DNA from: a virus | Length of the DNA: 64,000 bases | Strand: one strand, 5' to 3' | IMG/VR virus record: IMGVR_UViG_3300027659_000009 | Location: 102,353-166,352 of that record | Shown here: one piece after another, positions 36,769-47,093 of the stretch | Numbering within the stretch: position 1 is the stretch's first letter | How the letters are laid out: each line of letters opens with the position of its first letter | Program-made: the position numbers and the translations under genes | The notes under the pieces: generated by a model | Told to the model about the DNA's origin: nothing | Databases searched by the model: none | The model's input: the letters and a program-made list of their open reading frames with translations, nothing else

Positions 36769-39234
36769 TTATTCACTTTTTATAATAATTTCATCTTTTG
36801 GTTTGGAATAACTTATTTTGATGGTACCGTTTTCTTTAATTTTACCTCTTAAAATTTCTTCAGATATCGGATCTTCTACGTGTTTTTGTATCGATCTATT
36901 CAAAGGTCTGGCACCATAATCTTCACTATAACCATCTTCAATTAAGTAATCTCTAACAGTTTTATTGATGATTAAGTTATATCCAATCTCACTCACTCTC
37001 TTCTTTAGTTTTATTAATTCTAAATCTACAACTTTACCAATTTCTTCTTTGGTAAGTGTTTTAAATATAATCACATCATCTAATCTGTTAAGAAATTCTG
37101 GTGGAAATTGTTTCTTCAACTCATCAGTTAAAAGACTTTCTTTGATGGAATCTTCCCTATCAATTTTAGATTTAGTTCCAAAACCTACACCTGTCCCAAA
37201 ATCTTGTAATTTTTTTACACCCACATTAGATGTCATAATTACCATACAATTTTTAAAGTTTACTTTTCTACCTGAACTATCTGTAAGTTGTCCATCATCT
37301 AATAACTGTAACAATGTATTATAAATTTCTTTATGTGCCTTCTCTATCTCATCAAATAGTACTATTGAGTATGGTCTCCTTCTTACTTTCTCAGTTAATT
37401 GTCCACCATCTTTATGTCCTACATATCCCGGAGGAGAACCAATAAGTCTAGATATTGAATGTTTTTCTTGAAATTCCGACATATCTAATCTAATTAATGA
37501 ATCTTCATCACCAAAAAGATATTCCGCCAATCTTTTGGCTATATGTGTTTTACCCACTCCAGTTGGTCCTAAAAACATAAAGGTACCTATTGGTTTTTTT
37601 GGGTTACGAATACCTACTCTATTTCTTCTAATAGATTTGGCAATTTTTTCCAACGCAATCTCTTGACCAATAATAGACTTTTTTAATTCCTCTTCAATCT
37701 CCATCATTCTTTTACCCTGATCACCACCAATTCTTTTTAATGGGATACCAGTCATAGATGAAACTACTTCATTAACATCATCAATAGTTACTACAGTTCT
37801 TTCATTATTTAAGTTAGTAATCCATTTTTCTTTTTCAAACACAAGTTTTTCATTTACTTCTCTTTCCTCATCTCTTAATCTGGCAGCCTCTTCGTACTTT
37901 TGTTTTTTCACAACTTCACTTTTTCTGTTTTTTATCTCACCTATTTGTTCCTCTAACTTATTTATAGATACAGGTGGTTTGATAGACAGTTGACTTTTAG
38001 ATCCTATTTCATCCATAATATCAATTGCCTTATCAGGAAACTCTCTATCAGTAATGTACCTATCTGCCATTTTAACACAATGAACAATAGTCTCTAATGG
38101 GTAAGTCACTTTATGGTAAGTTTCGTATGAAGACTTAATTTTATCCAATATTTGAATTGTTTCCTCTATCGTAGGTGGATCAATTAATACTTGTTGGAAT
38201 CTTCTAGCCAATGCACCATCTTTTTCTATGTGTTCTCTATATTCATCTAATGTGGTTGCACCTATCAATTGTATATCACCTCTAGCCAATGCAGGTTTTA
38301 ATACGTTAGCTGCATCCATAGAACCAGATGCGTTTCCCGCACCAACCATAGTATGTAACTCATCTATAAATAAAATAACATTATCAACCTCCATTAATTC
38401 ATCAACTACACCTTTAATTCTTTCCTCAAATTGTCCTCTATATTTTGTACCAGCGACTAAAGATGTTAAATCTAACGATACCACTCTTTTATCTAATAAA
38501 GTTCTTGGGGCATCACCCTGTGCAATTTTTAATGCCAGCCCTTCAATGATTGTAGTTTTACCTACGCCAGGATCACCAATCAAAACAGGGTTATTTTTTT
38601 TCTTTCTCGCTAAAATCTGTGCGACTCTTTGTATTGCCACATCTCTACCAATAACAGGTTCAATTTTACCTTCAGACGCTCTTTTAGTCACATCTACAGA
38701 AAAATTATTTAATATAGGAGTTTCATTAGATTTAGTTTTAATTTTTGGTTTTGGTATTTTACTAAAATTGTCCTCATCATCTCCACTTATTGGCTCAATA
38801 GAGTTTTCGATTGAGGTTCTGTAACTTTTATAATTTATTTTCATTCCTTTTAATATATTAGTTATATCATTTTTTACTTTTAAAGTTGCCAATAAAATGT
38901 GTTCTGTATCGAGATAGTCATTATTTAATAAATCACATTCTTTTTCAGCACCCTTCAAAATATTCTCAGTTACAGGTTCCATTGGATATTCTTTTTTGTT
39001 TAGTAACATAGTATTGTAATCATCCCTATCTTTATGTAATTTCCTCTCAATACCTTTATGTAACTTATCAACATCCACACCCATATCTATTAACACTTTA
39101 ACTGCGTTATTATTATAATCATTTATTAATGAAATGATTATGTGTTCAATCTTTACTTCATTATCCCCATAAAATTTAGCCTGTTTGATGGACATATTTA
39201 ATATTTTATTTACCTTAGGCAAAATCTTTTTCAT
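36769..39234 (-). CDS. clpC: ClpC-type Hsp100 AAA+ ATPase
   Basis: Clp N-domain; GDPGVGKT, LFIDELH; UVR coil QKYEEAARLRD; GPTGVGKT, LFDEIEKAH; GVGFG ClpP-docking loop; PEFLNRLD; YGARPL. Confidence 0.92.
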   Translation of the reverse strand: MKKILPKVNKILNMSIKQAKFYGDNEVKIEHIIISLINDYNNNAVKVLIDMGVDVDKLHKGIERKLHKDRDDYNTMLLNKKEYPMEPVTENILKGAEKECDLLNNDYLDTEHILLATLKVKNDITNILKGMKINYKSYRTSIENSIEPISGDDEDNFSKIPKPKIKTKSNETPILNNFSVDVTKRASEGKIEPVIGRDVAIQRVAQILARKKKNNPVLIGDPGVGKTTIIEGLALKIAQGDAPRTLLDKRVVSLDLTSLVAGTKYRGQFEERIKGVVDELMEVDNVILFIDELHTMVGAGNASGSMDAANVLKPALARGDIQLIGATTLDEYREHIEKDGALARRFQQVLIDPPTIEETIQILDKIKSSYETYHKVTYPLETIVHCVKMADRYITDREFPDKAIDIMDEIGSKSQLSIKPPVSINKLEEQIGEIKNRKSEVVKKQKYEEAARLRDEEREVNEKLVFEKEKWITNLNNERTVVTIDDVNEVVSSMTGIPLKRIGGDQGKRMMEIEEELKKSIIGQEIALEKIAKSIRRNRVGIRNPKKPIGTFMFLGPTGVGKTHIAKRLAEYLFGDEDSLIRLDMSEFQEKHSISRLIGSPPGYVGHKDGGQLTEKVRRRPYSIVLFDEIEKAHKEIYNTLLQLLDDGQLTDSSGRKVNFKNCMVIMTSNVGVKKLQDFGTGVGFGTKSKIDREDSIKESLLTDELKKQFPPEFLNRLDDVIIFKTLTKEEIGKVVDLELIKLKKRVSEIGYNLIINKTVRDYLIEDGYSEDYGARPLNRSIQKHVEDPISEEILRGKIKENGTIKISYSKPKDEIIIKSE

Positions 39235-39240
39235 ATACGA

Positions 39241-39272
39241 TTTGTTTTTTATTATAAATATCCTTATCTTTG
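39241..39272 (+). promoter_or_regulatory. Bacteroidota-type promoter overlapping the divergent late motif of clpC
   Basis: TTTG-N20-TATCTTTG on +; ATATTTAT on - at 39254-39261. Confidence 0.7.
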
Positions 39273-39295
39273 TATTCAAATTTAATAAATAAATT

Positions 39296-40219
39296 ATGAA
39301 AAGTCAATATGATGTTATTTTGGGTGACACCAAAAATGTGTTAAAGGAGATGATTGAAACTGGTGAAAAGGTGGATATGATTTTTACTTCACCACCGTAT
39401 TATTCTATGAGAAAGAACTATAGTGGTAATAATGATGGTGAGGTTGGTTCAATACACGTTGACGATTATGCGGATTGGTTTTTAGAATTTACAGATTTAT
39501 TTCTTAAAGTTTTAAAACCTAACAGTAGTTTTTTCTTAAACATCAACGATAAAATCGATGGTGGGGTGATTCATCCAGTTTTAGATGAGTTAAAGTATAA
39601 AATGCATAAACAGGGTTGGTTTTTGGTTGCGAAACCTTATATATGGTTTAAAAAGAACGCAATCCCAACAAACTGTAAATATAGGGCAATAGATAGATAT
39701 GAATATGTTTTTCATTTCTCCAACTCCAATAAACCTAAATTTAGGGCAGATAACTGTAGAACTGAACATTCGGAAGTAACTAAAAAAAGATTTTTAAAAC
39801 CTGTTACTACGATTGGATCGAGGGATGGTGTCTATGACTCACAAATGAGGGTATTAAACGAAAAAGGTTCATTACCACATAATGTAGTAATTGCGGCTTC
39901 AGAAACAAATCCCAGTGTTTTACACCCAGCACCATTTTCTGTGGAGTTAGTGGATTGGTTTGTAAGAATTGGTAGTGACGAAGGTGATGTAATTATGGAC
40001 CCATTTGCAGGTTCATCAACCACAGGTATTGCCGCACTAAAAAACAATAGAAAGTTTATTGGTGTGGATTTGATACCGTTTAATGTTGAGTTTGGGACTA
40101 AACGATTAAATCACTTTATAGAGACTGGTGACGAATATATCCCTAAAAATCTTTTAGAGGATAAGGGTATTGACTCCAATTATTATAAAATTAAAGGTAA
40201 ACATATTAATAATCCGTAA
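39296..40219 (+). CDS. DNA amino-methyltransferase (beta class, N4-mC/N6-mA)
   Basis: FTSPPY motif IV before DPFAGSSTTG motif I; HPAPF. Confidence 0.9.
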   Translation: MKSQYDVILGDTKNVLKEMIETGEKVDMIFTSPPYYSMRKNYSGNNDGEVGSIHVDDYADWFLEFTDLFLKVLKPNSSFFLNINDKIDGGVIHPVLDELKYKMHKQGWFLVAKPYIWFKKNAIPTNCKYRAIDRYEYVFHFSNSNKPKFRADNCRTEHSEVTKKRFLKPVTTIGSRDGVYDSQMRVLNEKGSLPHNVVIAASETNPSVLHPAPFSVELVDWFVRIGSDEGDVIMDPFAGSSTTGIAALKNNRKFIGVDLIPFNVEFGTKRLNHFIETGDEYIPKNLLEDKGIDSNYYKIKGKHINNP

Positions 40220-40319
40220 CAAAGTGCTACACTTTAAGAATACTTTTTATCTTTACTTATTTTAGTTTTTTTCTATATTAAGAATTGACAAAATAACATT
40301 ATTTAATTATACTTATAAA

Positions 40320-40544
40320 ATGACATCTAGCGCACCAAAATTTAGAAAGATAGTTTTACTTTTAAAAGATAATGAGGGTAAACCTTCAGATAGAGTTGAA
40401 TATTTGGACTCTGCGATGATAATAACTGGTAATTATGTAATTATCACAGAAGAGAAAGAAGTTTCCATTGACGAACCTTCTACTATAGATGGTAGAATTT
40501 ATCAAATGGAAAACATACATTCATATAAATTATATAAAGATTGA
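40320..40544 (+). CDS. hypothetical
   Basis: TTGACA-N17-TATACT at 40285-40313. Confidence 0.65.
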   Translation: MTSSAPKFRKIVLLLKDNEGKPSDRVEYLDSAMIITGNYVIITEEKEVSIDEPSTIDGRIYQMENIHSYKLYKD

Positions 40545-40547
40545 AAT

Positions 40548-40844
40548 ATGGTTTTAAATAAGTACGAAGAAAATGGATCAATAGAATGTTTATACGATTC
40601 ATCGAATATTTTGGGTTCAAAATATATTATGACAGATAAAAAGTTAGCAATAATTTTTGGTTCAGGTAGACAATATGTTTATGAAGGTGTTAAATATGAA
40701 GATTATAAGAAATTTGAATCATCTGAAAGTCAAGGTAAAACCCTACATACCATTCTTAAAAAATACCCGTATACACAATCTAAAGATACATTAGATGTTT
40801 TACCTTTATTAGAACAAATTAATGAAATAAAGAATAATTTATAA
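40548..40844 (+). CDS. KTSC-domain protein
   Basis: SSNI....Y.....L.I.F..G..Y.Y..V....Y..F....S.GK. Confidence 0.8.
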   Translation: MVLNKYEENGSIECLYDSSNILGSKYIMTDKKLAIIFGSGRQYVYEGVKYEDYKKFESSESQGKTLHTILKKYPYTQSKDTLDVLPLLEQINEIKNNL

Positions 40845-40845
40845 G

Positions 40846-41361
40846 ATGAATAGTTTAGATAAAAAATATATAGACTTACTTCAAGACATTTTAGATAATG
40901 GAGTAACAAAAGAAACAAGAAATGGTGAAACACTATCAGTATTCGGAAGACAAATCAGACATAAAATGAGTGATGGGTTTCCATTACTTACAACAAAGAA
41001 AATGGCTTGGAAGACTATGGTGACCGAGTTGTTATGGTTTTTAAGAGGTGATACAAACATCAAGTTCCTTGTGGATAATAATTGTCATATTTGGGATGGT
41101 GATGCTTATAAGAACTACTTACATAAAGTTATACGTGACAAAGACATTGTACAATACTTAAAATCATATTCAAAAGATACAAAAGGAGTCCCTACTATTG
41201 AACTCTATTCAAAAGATGAGTTTATTGAGCGAATTAAAAATGATGATGAGTTTGCAAAGAAGTGGGGAGAGTTAGGTAAAATTTACGGACATGGTTGGCG
41301 TAATTGGAATGGTAAATCGGATAATGAACTTTATGAAGATTATTTGAAAAAAGTTAAATAG
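40846..41361 (+). CDS. thyA: thymidylate synthase, N-terminal fragment
   Basis: [41 protein letters not shown]. Confidence 0.9.
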   Translation: MNSLDKKYIDLLQDILDNGVTKETRNGETLSVFGRQIRHKMSDGFPLLTTKKMAWKTMVTELLWFLRGDTNIKFLVDNNCHIWDGDAYKNYLHKVIRDKDIVQYLKSYSKDTKGVPTIELYSKDEFIERIKNDDEFAKKWGELGKIYGHGWRNWNGKSDNELYEDYLKKVK

Positions 41362-41417
41362 TGTTAGTGTTTTTCCATTTATTACCATATTTATATATAG
41401 TAAACAATTGAAACTAC

Positions 41418-42110
41418 ATGGACTACAAAAAAATACACAACAAGATAATTGACAGAGCAAAAAATAGGGAATTAGAAGGATATGTTGAAAAACATCACAT
41501 TATACCTAAATGTATGAACGGAACTAATGAACCGGATAATTTAGTAAAATTGACTGCAAGAGAGCATTTTTTAATTCATTGGTTATTACACGAAATGTAT
41601 CCAGATAATACTGATTTGAAATATGCTTTTTGGTCAATGTGTCGTAATTCAAATAATCAACAAAGATACAAACCATCTTCTAGAATATACGAATATGCTA
41701 AACATAAAATGTTAGAAATATGGGTTAAATTTAAACCATCTGAGAAACAGATAAGGTCAATTAAAGAAAATTTAACTGGAACTAAATGGTATCATAAACC
41801 TGATGGTAGAAATTTACGAGCATTTCCAAATGACCCTAAAATCATTGAAGAAGGTTGGTTACAAGGTAGGTTTGGTGGGAAATCAATATCTGATAAGGCA
41901 AATAAGGATAAAGAAAAAAAATATAATGGGAAAAAAATACCATCCACATCAAATAAAAAGTGTTCAATTGATGGGGTTGAGTTTGAATCTGCAAAATCAG
42001 CGTCAGATTATCTTAATATAAATGAGTATTCTCTTAGATGGATATTACAGGGTAGAGGTAGTTCGCAAAAGCACAAAGAAAAATATAAAAATTGGTTTTA
42101 CATAAATTAA
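41418..42110 (+). mobile_element. MobE-like free-standing HNH homing endonuclease inside thyA
   Basis: Y.EKHHIIPKCM.GT....NLVKLTAREHFL.H.LL, the T4 MobE-type N-terminus; late motif at ~41388. Confidence 0.85.
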
Positions 42111-42114
42111 AAGT

Positions 42115-42789
42115 ATGAAATATACACACGAAGATGGAACTCTTTTTACAAAAGAAGAGTTTCTACAAAAATTAAAAACAGATAGTGAGTTCAACGATGA
42201 ATTTGGTAACAAAGGAATTGACCAAATATCTGAATTGATTGAACAGTTAAAAGATAATCCTGATTCTAGACGTATGGTTGTGAGTGCATGGTCAGTACAC
42301 GATTTACCAAATCAAGTACTTCCACCTTGTCATTACGGATTTCAAGTTTATACAAGAGAGTTGAGTTGGGAGGAAAGATATGAATATATGTATAACACAA
42401 ATGTTAGAGCAGATGATGGACTTAGACCACCACTAACTCCTGAAATGTTAGAAGAGTATAACATCCCTAAACGAGCAATCTCTTTAATGTGGAATCAACG
42501 TTCATGTGATGTCCCACTCGGGATTCCAATGAACATTGCATCATATGGACTTCTTTTAACGATGATTGCAGATGAAGTTAATATGATACCTGAGGAACTA
42601 ATTGGTAATTTAGGAGATTGTCACATTTATTTAAACCAAATGGATGGTGTTAAAGAACAAATTAATAGAAAACCATTTGAATTACCTACAGTATATGTTA
42701 GAGACGGAATCCACTGTTCATCTGTAAATGACGTTATTTTGGAAAACTATCAATCACATCCTAAGATTTATTTTCCACTCTCTAATTAA
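42115..42789 (+). CDS. thyA: thymidylate synthase, C-terminal (catalytic) fragment
   Basis: IDQI, PDSRR.VVSAW, LPPCH, QRSCD.PLG.P.NIASY, GDCHIY.NQ. Confidence 0.9.
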   Translation: MKYTHEDGTLFTKEEFLQKLKTDSEFNDEFGNKGIDQISELIEQLKDNPDSRRMVVSAWSVHDLPNQVLPPCHYGFQVYTRELSWEERYEYMYNTNVRADDGLRPPLTPEMLEEYNIPKRAISLMWNQRSCDVPLGIPMNIASYGLLLTMIADEVNMIPEELIGNLGDCHIYLNQMDGVKEQINRKPFELPTVYVRDGIHCSSVNDVILENYQSHPKIYFPLSN

Positions 42790-42829
42790 TTTTGAACCCC
42801 CAATTAATGCAGATTTAAATAATTAAAAT

Positions 42830-43162
42830 ATGATAGGAGAAGCGAAAATAGTACATTTAAAGAGTAACGCACAAAAATTAGAGACGTGGATTGCAATGAT
42901 TAATGGTGAGATTGTCGGTCACATTTATATGGAGAGAGAAGATGGGTTAAAAATAAAATTCTTAGACGCTTGGGTACATGAGGATCATAGACGTAAAGGT
43001 ATTTTTAGAATGTTATGGGAGGCTAGATGGAATTATGTGGTAGATAAATATAGTGGGTGGTTAGCGTACGCATGGTGTAAACCAGCATCTTTACCTTTAT
43101 TATTAGAAAAAGGTTTTGATGCAGGTGAAATGTGTACATATGTAGAAAAGAAGATAGATTGA
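42830..43162 (+). CDS. GNAT acetyltransferase
   Basis: WVHEDHRRKGI motif A; LL.KGF. Confidence 0.8.
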   Translation: MIGEAKIVHLKSNAQKLETWIAMINGEIVGHIYMEREDGLKIKFLDAWVHEDHRRKGIFRMLWEARWNYVVDKYSGWLAYAWCKPASLPLLLEKGFDAGEMCTYVEKKID

Positions 43163-43365
43163 TGTCGTTTATAAAATATGTACTTCTTTGGGTATCCCAA
43201 AATTTATCAATTCCTTTTTGGACTGTGGGACATATTCATCTTATGACAACAATATATGAGGATATAATCGAATTAACTATGTCTTTAGGGATGAATATAA
43301 TTGTAGGTGTTGGATTTTACATTGGTTGGTTAGATTATAAAAATGAAATAAAAAATAAAAAATAA
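43162..43365 (+). CDS. small membrane protein
   Basis: MSFIKYVLLWVSQNLSIPFW... two hydrophobic segments. Confidence 0.6.
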   Translation: MSFIKYVLLWVSQNLSIPFWTVGHIHLMTTIYEDIIELTMSLGMNIIVGVGFYIGWLDYKNEIKNKK

Positions 43366-43377
43366 AAAATAAAAAAA

Positions 43378-43650
43378 ATGGAAAAAGTTATATTAAAAGA
43401 AACAGTTGTTAGTGGAGACACTAAAAATAATAAAAAGTATAGTAGAAATAGAAAACCTAAAAACAAAGTAGAAAATGGTGGGGATAATAAACTTGTAAAA
43501 GATGATTATTTTCGTGTCAAAGGAATAAAAATGATAGGTTCGTATAAAATAGGGTTTAATTACTTTATTTATTTACAAAAAAAACCTAATTTTGTTCATA
43601 GATTTTTCACTAAGTTATTATTAGGTTGGGTTTGGAAAGATGCAAAATAA
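43378..43650 (+). CDS. hypothetical
   Basis: C-terminal KKPN..HRFF.KLLLGW.W motif. Confidence 0.6.
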   Translation: MEKVILKETVVSGDTKNNKKYSRNRKPKNKVENGGDNKLVKDDYFRVKGIKMIGSYKIGFNYFIYLQKKPNFVHRFFTKLLLGWVWKDAK

Positions 43651-43719
43651 AAAAACAGATTAAAAAAATAAATAAGAACGGGCGTTCAAAATAACAAATA
43701 AAATAAAAAAATAAAAATT

Positions 43720-44130
43720 ATGGAAACAATTTCATTCGCTTTGGGTGTGGCTTCTGTCTTAGTTGTGCTTTTGGGTACAGTTACAGTATGGGTTACGCTT
43801 AGGGTTAAAAAATTAATTAAAGAAAATTTACATTTAGAAAATGTAATTAACAATTTAGAACAAGTAATAAGTCGTAGATTTGAGAATATGGAACACCATT
43901 ATTCTGATGAAATAAAAGATACACGCGACACTATAAATGTTAGAACTGATGGTGTATATATTAGAATAAAAGAAGAAACAGAAAATATTCGTAGACATAT
44001 GGAATTTTTAGATGAAAAAATTAGTAGAACTAATGATGATTGTCTTAGATACACTGACTCTAGAATAGATAAACTAGTTAATAACCCAAAATTTTGTCTT
44101 AATAAAGATAAAGAATTATTGACTGACTAA
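43720..44130 (+). CDS. N-terminal TM helix plus coiled-coil protein
   Basis: FALGVASVLVVLLGTVTVWV; flanked by an inverted repeat (43670-43686 / 44141-44158). Confidence 0.7.
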   Translation: METISFALGVASVLVVLLGTVTVWVTLRVKKLIKENLHLENVINNLEQVISRRFENMEHHYSDEIKDTRDTINVRTDGVYIRIKEETENIRRHMEFLDEKISRTNDDCLRYTDSRIDKLVNNPKFCLNKDKELLTD

Positions 44131-44202
44131 TAAATAAGATAACGCCCGTTTCTTATTTTAATTGATATTTATCCGTAAGACTATATTTATATAAAAAAGT
44201 TT

Positions 44203-44997
44203 ATGGAGATAAAAAAAATTACAGAACAAGAAGTTAATGATATCATTCAAAAAGAGAAAATTGATTTATCTTCTTTCGAAGTTAGAAGTACGTTAAACCC
44301 TAAAATTTTTGATGGTGATCAACACATGCATGAAGAAGTGAGAAGTAGACTTCTTATGATTGCGGATGATTTTTTTGAGACATTAAACGTAGAATGGGTA
44401 GATATTGATGATATCATATTGACAGGTAGTTTAGCCAACTATAACTGGTCAAAATTTTCAGACGTAGATTTACACATTTTAGTTGACTTTGGGGATGTTG
44501 ATGATAATGAAGAATTAGTAAAAGAATACTTCAACTCAAAGAAAAATTTATGGAATGATAAACACGATATAACTATAAAAGGTTATGACGTAGAGATATA
44601 TATGCAAGATATAGAAGAACCTCACGTTTCTAGTGGGGTTTATTCTATTTTATGGGATGGGTGGGTAGTTAAACCAGATTCATCAAAAAAAGATATCGAT
44701 TCTAAGAAGGTAGAACAAAAGGTTAACAGTATTATAGACTCAATAGATGAAATATATTATATGTATAAATCAGGTGAATATGATAAAACTATCAGAAAAA
44801 TAACCAACCTTAAAGATAAAATTAAAAAAATGAGACAAACTGGGTTAGAAAGAGAAGGTGAGTACTCATTTGAGAATATCTCATTTAAAGTGTTAAGGAG
44901 AACAACGTATTTAGATAAATTAAGTGATATAGAAACTAAGGCATATGACAAATCTTTAACGCTAGACGAATCATTATTAAGAATTAAAAATTTATAA
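44203..44997 (+). CDS. Pol-beta-superfamily nucleotidyltransferase with leader-like N-terminus
   Basis: TGSLANYNWSKFSDVDLHI, DVEIY; MEIKKITEQEV..IIQKE; late motif at ~44183. Confidence 0.8.
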   Translation: MEIKKITEQEVNDIIQKEKIDLSSFEVRSTLNPKIFDGDQHMHEEVRSRLLMIADDFFETLNVEWVDIDDIILTGSLANYNWSKFSDVDLHILVDFGDVDDNEELVKEYFNSKKNLWNDKHDITIKGYDVEIYMQDIEEPHVSSGVYSILWDGWVVKPDSSKKDIDSKKVEQKVNSIIDSIDEIYYMYKSGEYDKTIRKITNLKDKIKKMRQTGLEREGEYSFENISFKVLRRTTYLDKLSDIETKAYDKSLTLDESLLRIKNL

Positions 44998-45052
44998 AAA
45001 TCTAATTTTGTTTTTTTATTAAAACTGCAATATTTATTTAATAAACATAATT

Positions 45053-45373
45053 ATGGCTTCAACTTATTTAACAGGTACTTTTACAGTAATTCATACCACT
45101 GGTAATACTAATTTTAATAATTACATTTACAGTGGAGTCTACTTTAATACAAACGGTACATATACAATAAACGGATCTTCAATAACAGGTGTTGCAGGTC
45201 AAACGATTGACTTATTAATTCAACAGAGCGGCACTACATTAAATAATGGGTTCGCATTATTAGGTAATCCTCAACCTATAGGATTATTTCAAACAGGATT
45301 AATAACATCAACTGGTGGAACAGAACAATATAGGTTTGTCGACATTAAAACTGGATTACCAACTAACGGATAA
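45053..45373 (+). CDS. small Thr/Gly-rich putative virion protein
   Basis: Beta-rich composition; late motif at ~45030. Confidence 0.6.
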   Translation: MASTYLTGTFTVIHTTGNTNFNNYIYSGVYFNTNGTYTINGSSITGVAGQTIDLLIQQSGTTLNNGFALLGNPQPIGLFQTGLITSTGGTEQYRFVDIKTGLPTNG

Positions 45374-45392
45374 AAATAAAAAAAAACAAAAA

Positions 45393-47093
45393 ATGAGAAA
45401 TATAATAAATCCTAAAACATTAAAAGGTCAAGACAAAGTAAACAGAATGTTAGACCTTATGGGTAAAATGAATACACTTAATGAGAGTAAATCATTATCA
45501 GAATTGGAGTTAATAAAAAAAGGTCCAAACGGTGTTGTTTACGGTATTGTTAGAGAAAATCACGATTACTTCATAAAAACATCAAATAAACCTTACGGTA
45601 AGTTTTTATCTGAGGATTTCCAATACGTTGGTGGTTTACAAAATAAAGGCACTGAAAAATATCATTCTTACGCAGAAGCGTTAAAACATTTAAATATTAA
45701 ATTTGATATGTTAAATGAATCATATGGTGTTGAGAATAATAATAATATTTTTGAGTCTGACGGTAAAGCCATCGCAGGTGGTGCAGGATTTGGGTTTGTA
45801 TTAGAAAAAGAAGAGGAAATCATTTTAGATGACGATATTAAAGAACAAAAAAAGGTACTTAAAGTAGACGCACCTGCATCGGCAACTCCTGCGCCACCAA
45901 CAACACCGGAGACACCTGTTGAAGATGATGTTGAAGATGACGAATTTGGGGTTTCTGATGATACAGAAGGTTTAGGTGATGTTGAAGACACAGAAGATAC
46001 AGAAGACACAGAAGATACAGAAGACACAGAAGATACAGAAGATACTGATACTACTGGTGATGAAGGTACTGAAGATTTAGGTGATGATGAAATCACAAAA
46101 AAAATACAAAAATTAACAGGTAAAATTGGTCAGATGTTGAGAGACTCTGAGGATGTTGATCCTAAATTAGAAAAATACGTTATTAACTCAATCATTTCGG
46201 CTTTACACTTAGACGAAATGGATGAAGGTGATAAAGAGGATATAATTTCAAAATTCGAAGGTGAAGATGAAGAAGATTCATTTGGTGACACTGAGGGTGA
46301 TGATTTTGACACTGAAGAAGATACTGAAACACCTGAAACACCTGAAGAAAGTGGAGAAGAGGATATTGAAGCACCTGAAGAAGGTGGTGATGTATTACCT
46401 GAAAGTAGAAGAGTTGTATTTTCTAAGAAACAACTTTTAGAAACTTTTTTTAATAAAAGTACAAAAAACTCAATTAAAAAAGTTTTAAAAGAAAGAAAAG
46501 AAATTTGTGAAGATTGTGGTGGTTATAAAGGTGGTAATATGGTTGAGGGTATGATGTGTGAATGTTCGTCAATGTACGAAGACAAAAATCAAATCGTATA
46601 CGAAATTGAATTAGATGGATTTAGTGATGGTAGAAAAAAGATAGATGTTGCAAAACCTTATGGTAAAATAACTGCAGATGACTTTAGTAAACTAAGAGGT
46701 ATGAAAAGAAAAAGACATATCGATGAAGATGAAATGGGAGTTATGGATGCATTACAAACAAGACAAGGATATTTATCCGCAACAAGAGACTTAGACAGAG
46801 ACTTTGACGGTATACCTAATAGATTAGATTTAGATAATAATAGTGATGGGGAATTAGATTTTTCTATGGATAATAGAAATTCTTCTAATGACGATTTTAT
46901 TGAATTGGACATAGATTTTTTAAGATCTAATGCACCTGTTAAGGAACCGGGAATTAAAACACCTACAACTAGACCAGGAACTGGTACAGATTGGGACAAA
47001 ATAAAGAGACCAAAGGCTGATCCAAAACCTAAGGCGGATGTTGATCAAGAAAGAATCAGACCATCATACAGAAGAAGAGGAATGTTTAGATAA
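45393..47093 (+). CDS. large acidic putative prohead core/internal protein
   Basis: TLNE/S, MLNE/S and LPE/S sites; EDT repeats; CECSSMYE and YEIELD shared with the scaffold. Confidence 0.65.
   Translation: MRNIINPKTLKGQDKVNRMLDLMGKMNTLNESKSLSELELIKKGPNGVVYGIVRENHDYFIKTSNKPYGKFLSEDFQYVGGLQNKGTEKYHSYAEALKHLNIKFDMLNESYGVENNNNIFESDGKAIAGGAGFGFVLEKEEEIILDDDIKEQKKVLKVDAPASATPAPPTTPETPVEDDVEDDEFGVSDDTEGLGDVEDTEDTEDTEDTEDTEDTEDTDTTGDEGTEDLGDDEITKKIQKLTGKIGQMLRDSEDVDPKLEKYVINSIISALHLDEMDEGDKEDIISKFEGEDEEDSFGDTEGDDFDTEEDTETPETPEESGEEDIEAPEEGGDVLPESRRVVFSKKQLLETFFNKSTKNSIKKVLKERKEICEDCGGYKGGNMVEGMMCECSSMYEDKNQIVYEIELDGFSDGRKKIDVAKPYGKITADDFSKLRGMKRKRHIDEDEMGVMDALQTRQGYLSATRDLDRDFDGIPNRLDLDNNSDGELDFSMDNRNSSNDDFIELDIDFLRSNAPVKEPGIKTPTTRPGTGTDWDKIKRPKADPKPKADVDQERIRPSYRRRGMFR
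45984..46046 (+). repeat. 9-bp tandem repeat GAAGA(C/T)AC(A/T) x7 encoding EDT
   Basis: Seen directly. Confidence 0.9.

Noticed and set aside
36965-38824. Plus-strand ORFs inside clpC
   Set aside because: Shadow frames of a well-supported minus-strand gene.
41362-42114. Group I intron or intein in thyA
   Set aside because: Non-coding flanks are only 56 and 4 nt, no P-element core is recognisable, both halves have separate stop/start codons, and there are no intein terminal residues. Not formally excluded without RT-PCR.
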